From Vicugna vicugna (taxonomy: Eukaryota): DNA of 64,000 bases. Below the pieces are notes generated by a model. It saw only the letters and a program-made list of their open reading frames with translations. It did no database searches and was not told where the DNA came from. A program made the position numbers and the translations under genes. Where the stretch lies: contig MU062380.1 in assembly GCA_013265495.1 (NCBI GenBank), positions 6,762,542 to 6,826,541 on the forward strand, read 5' to 3'. Below, one piece after another: positions 61,581 through 64,000 of the stretch. Positions within the stretch are counted from its first letter, which is position 1. Each line of letters opens with the position of its first letter.

Positions 61581-63159
61581 ATATTTCTAATTATTAATTA
61601 AACAGACAAGTTCATAATATGTATTAAATTCTACCTACATGCAATAGTCTATGCTGATTGAGAACTACCCTATAATTCATACATTTTTGTAAGCCAGAAA
61701 TTCCTTGTCCCCATTACTCTGAACTGGGTGACATTTTACATTATTCATAATTATGAAACCATCTTGATGATAATGAAATTCTGCATTATAAAGATTTGGA
61801 AATTAAAACTCATTTGCTTTTATTTCTACATACATCAAGCTGTAGTCCTATATTGTAGAGTCAGGTAGGTTGACTTCAATCTTAAATAGTAAGAATAATA
61901 TTCTCTTAATTTTCCATAATAAGCATATGGAAAATATGTATTAGTTTTTAAAATAAAATATCTTAATCAGATGAAAGTGGGCTATCTTTGAAGAAAGACA
62001 GTTAGCTTACTTTCGTTGGCCATGAGTAACACCATCATCGTTTTCCCACTTTGCTTGGCTATGTTGGCATGCAGATGGATCTTCTCTGTTGACAAGGTAG
62101 TGATGGCGATGCCTCCATCACTCTTCAGCTCTTCTCATTAGATCCTAACCACCTTCACTTATTACTTCTGATTCCCTGCATGTTCAGTATATTAAATGTT
62201 AACAAATGGTTCTTATTTTACATGACAATCCTAATAATTAATGATTACAAAAGCATATTAGACACATAATGCCAAAATAGATCACCTGTAATGTTAATCT
62301 CAAATTTAAGTTTCTTTCATATTCTGGGAGTAGAATGTGCTATTTAGAAGTCACAGTAGAAACACAAATACACGTCTACACCTCGTCTTCTCAATCTTAT
62401 GTCTATTATATATCAGTGAGGAATTCTTAATCTCATTTTCCATTAGTAGTGTCAAGCTTGCAGGAAAGATCTCTCAGGCCAGAGAAGAGTAGCTGAAATT
62501 CCTAATGGACAAAGAGTAAATGTGATGAAGAGAACTGTCCTCGATCTGGCATCTCTTTAGTGCCCCAGTGACTGTGACAGACCACTTCCTTTGTTTAATA
62601 GATTATCACTTTTCCTTCTACCCAGCTTTGAGAAAGGCAGATGAGAACAGAGAAGTAGGCCTGGACCCTTTGATTCTCGGCTAATGAGCATCAAGAGGAC
62701 CATCGAGAAAGCATTGGAAAGGAAAACACGAGATGAAGGGAGGTGAGGGAATCAGTGCCCCAGAAATAAGGAACAGAACTGAGTAACTGATGGAACCTGG
62801 CTGCACAACCATACCTCAAGTGTCCTGACCTTTGTAAGGTCTCAGCACAAATAGGATGGGTGTGAGAGACTCACTGATGTCCTCTAGGCATATCACACAG
62901 ACACTAACCTAATCCACTCTGCCAGTTAAACTTTTTAAAGACACATTTTCTTGTTTTTTTCTTTTTGTCGACATCTGTCACAGTCACATTCATTGCTGAC
63001 TGGGTGTTATTTCATAGTAAGAAGCTGAAATTAGGGAGTGACATACTACCTGATCCGCAACTCCCTGGTCAGTCAGGTGTGTCTCTAAAATTCAGTGTGT
63101 TCTTTATTCCCTGCTTAGTTGAGGAAATATTTACAAAGTTCTCTTGTATACCACAATGA

Positions 63160-63520
63160 GTGGTAAAGCTGAGTGCTATAGAAACTCAGATGGAGTTCTT
63201 GTTCTTGACAACTTCAGGGTCTAGTGGGAAGGAATAGCCACATAAATGTAAACCTTGATATGAAGGTACCATAGAATGGAGAACCAGACAACGAGTAAGA
63301 TTGGAGGTATACAGGACAAAATCCTGGAGATGATAATCTTTTGGTAGAGACTAAAAGAAATGTAAAAAGAACATTCTAAACATAGAAATTAGGATGAGCT
63401 AAAGTATAGAGTAAGAAACCACTAGAGTATTCCTGGAAACAACAGTTTGGTCTTCCTAGAAGGTAATTTGCAGGACATGTGGTGGGAGAGGCAGGCAACA
63501 AATCACAGAGGGTAGTGTAG
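63160..63520 (-). mobile_element. L2 3' fragment
   Basis: gttcttgttcttgacaacttcagggtctagtgggaagg...ggcaggcaacaaatcacagaggg. Confidence 0.6.
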
Positions 63521-63524
63521 GATC

Positions 63525-63670
63525 TTGTTACTCCAAGTGTTATCCATAGCCCTCGGCATTGGCCTTGGCTGGAGCTTGTAGGAAATGCAACTCCTCTAGC
63601 CAAACTTACTACATCAAAATCTGGATTTTAACAAGGTTCCCCAGTGATTTGTTTGCACAATAAAGCACAA
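63525..63670. mobile_element. MER5A-family MITE
   Basis: ttactccaagtg...ggagcttgtaggaaatgca...cttactacatcaaaatctggattttaacaaggttccccagtgatt. Confidence 0.75.
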
Positions 63671-64000
63671 AAAGCAGATTTGGACAGACCTAAGGAAAAC
63701 CGGAAGCTGAGGGACCAGAAGTTCTTTATCAGCCAGTTGCTACCTTTCTCTTTTCCTTTCTCACCAAGAGTGGTAGCTTCAAGTTCCATGTAGGTCCTTG
63801 AACTCTTGCTTTCTGCTGCTTGACTTCAGTGAACACTACCCTACCCCCAATGCCATATCATTGAAAACCGGGGCATGGAAAGCCTTGGGTAGATGAGGGT
63901 TAAAGGAAATTAGCAAGGACACTATGGAAAATCTTGAAGGCTAATGTTAACAACTAATATTCTTTCACTGCATCAAGATTGTCAATTTTTGACATACATT

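Noticed and set aside
1-64000. CRISPR arrays, operons, defence systems, miRNA/snoRNA/snRNA genes, processed pseudogenes
   Set aside because: The sequence is mammalian and no spaced repeat array exists. I saw no match by eye to common mature miRNAs, U6, 7SK, Y or 5S RNA. An Rfam/Infernal and BLASTX search is needed to exclude them formally.

Overview
This is AT-rich mammalian nuclear DNA, most likely camelid (alpaca, llama or camel). Two copies of a tRNA-Ala-derived SINE match the camelid Vic-1 type as I recall it, and I saw no Alu, Bov-tA/BovB, PRE-1 or Can-SINE. The window looks intronic or intergenic. I recognised no host protein-coding exon, no genuine tRNA, rRNA or miRNA gene, no CRISPR array and no prokaryotic system. 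Most ORFs in the track are chance ORFs over old repeats. What can be supported is a dense record of transposable elements: MIR, L2, L3/CR1, MaLR/ERVL solo LTRs, hAT and Tc1/mariner MITEs, old L1M elements and younger artiodactyl/camelid L1 3' ends, several with readable target-site duplications (TSDs). There are also four ~150-bp N runs, all inside L1. The best leads are these. (1) A CpG-enriched, repeat-free block at ~100-720 with a SIF1-like CDX/HOX double site, a CACGTG E-box, a TATA box and a possible non-coding first exon. (2) A set of short minus-strand candidate exons with good splice signals that can be joined into a 52-54 aa ORF; this is speculative. (3) Structurally unusual L1 insertions: one twin-primed inversion and one with both termini retained but large internal deletions. 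I did not find a convincing new biological system. Repeat family names come from recalled consensus sequences, and boundaries without a TSD are approximate.
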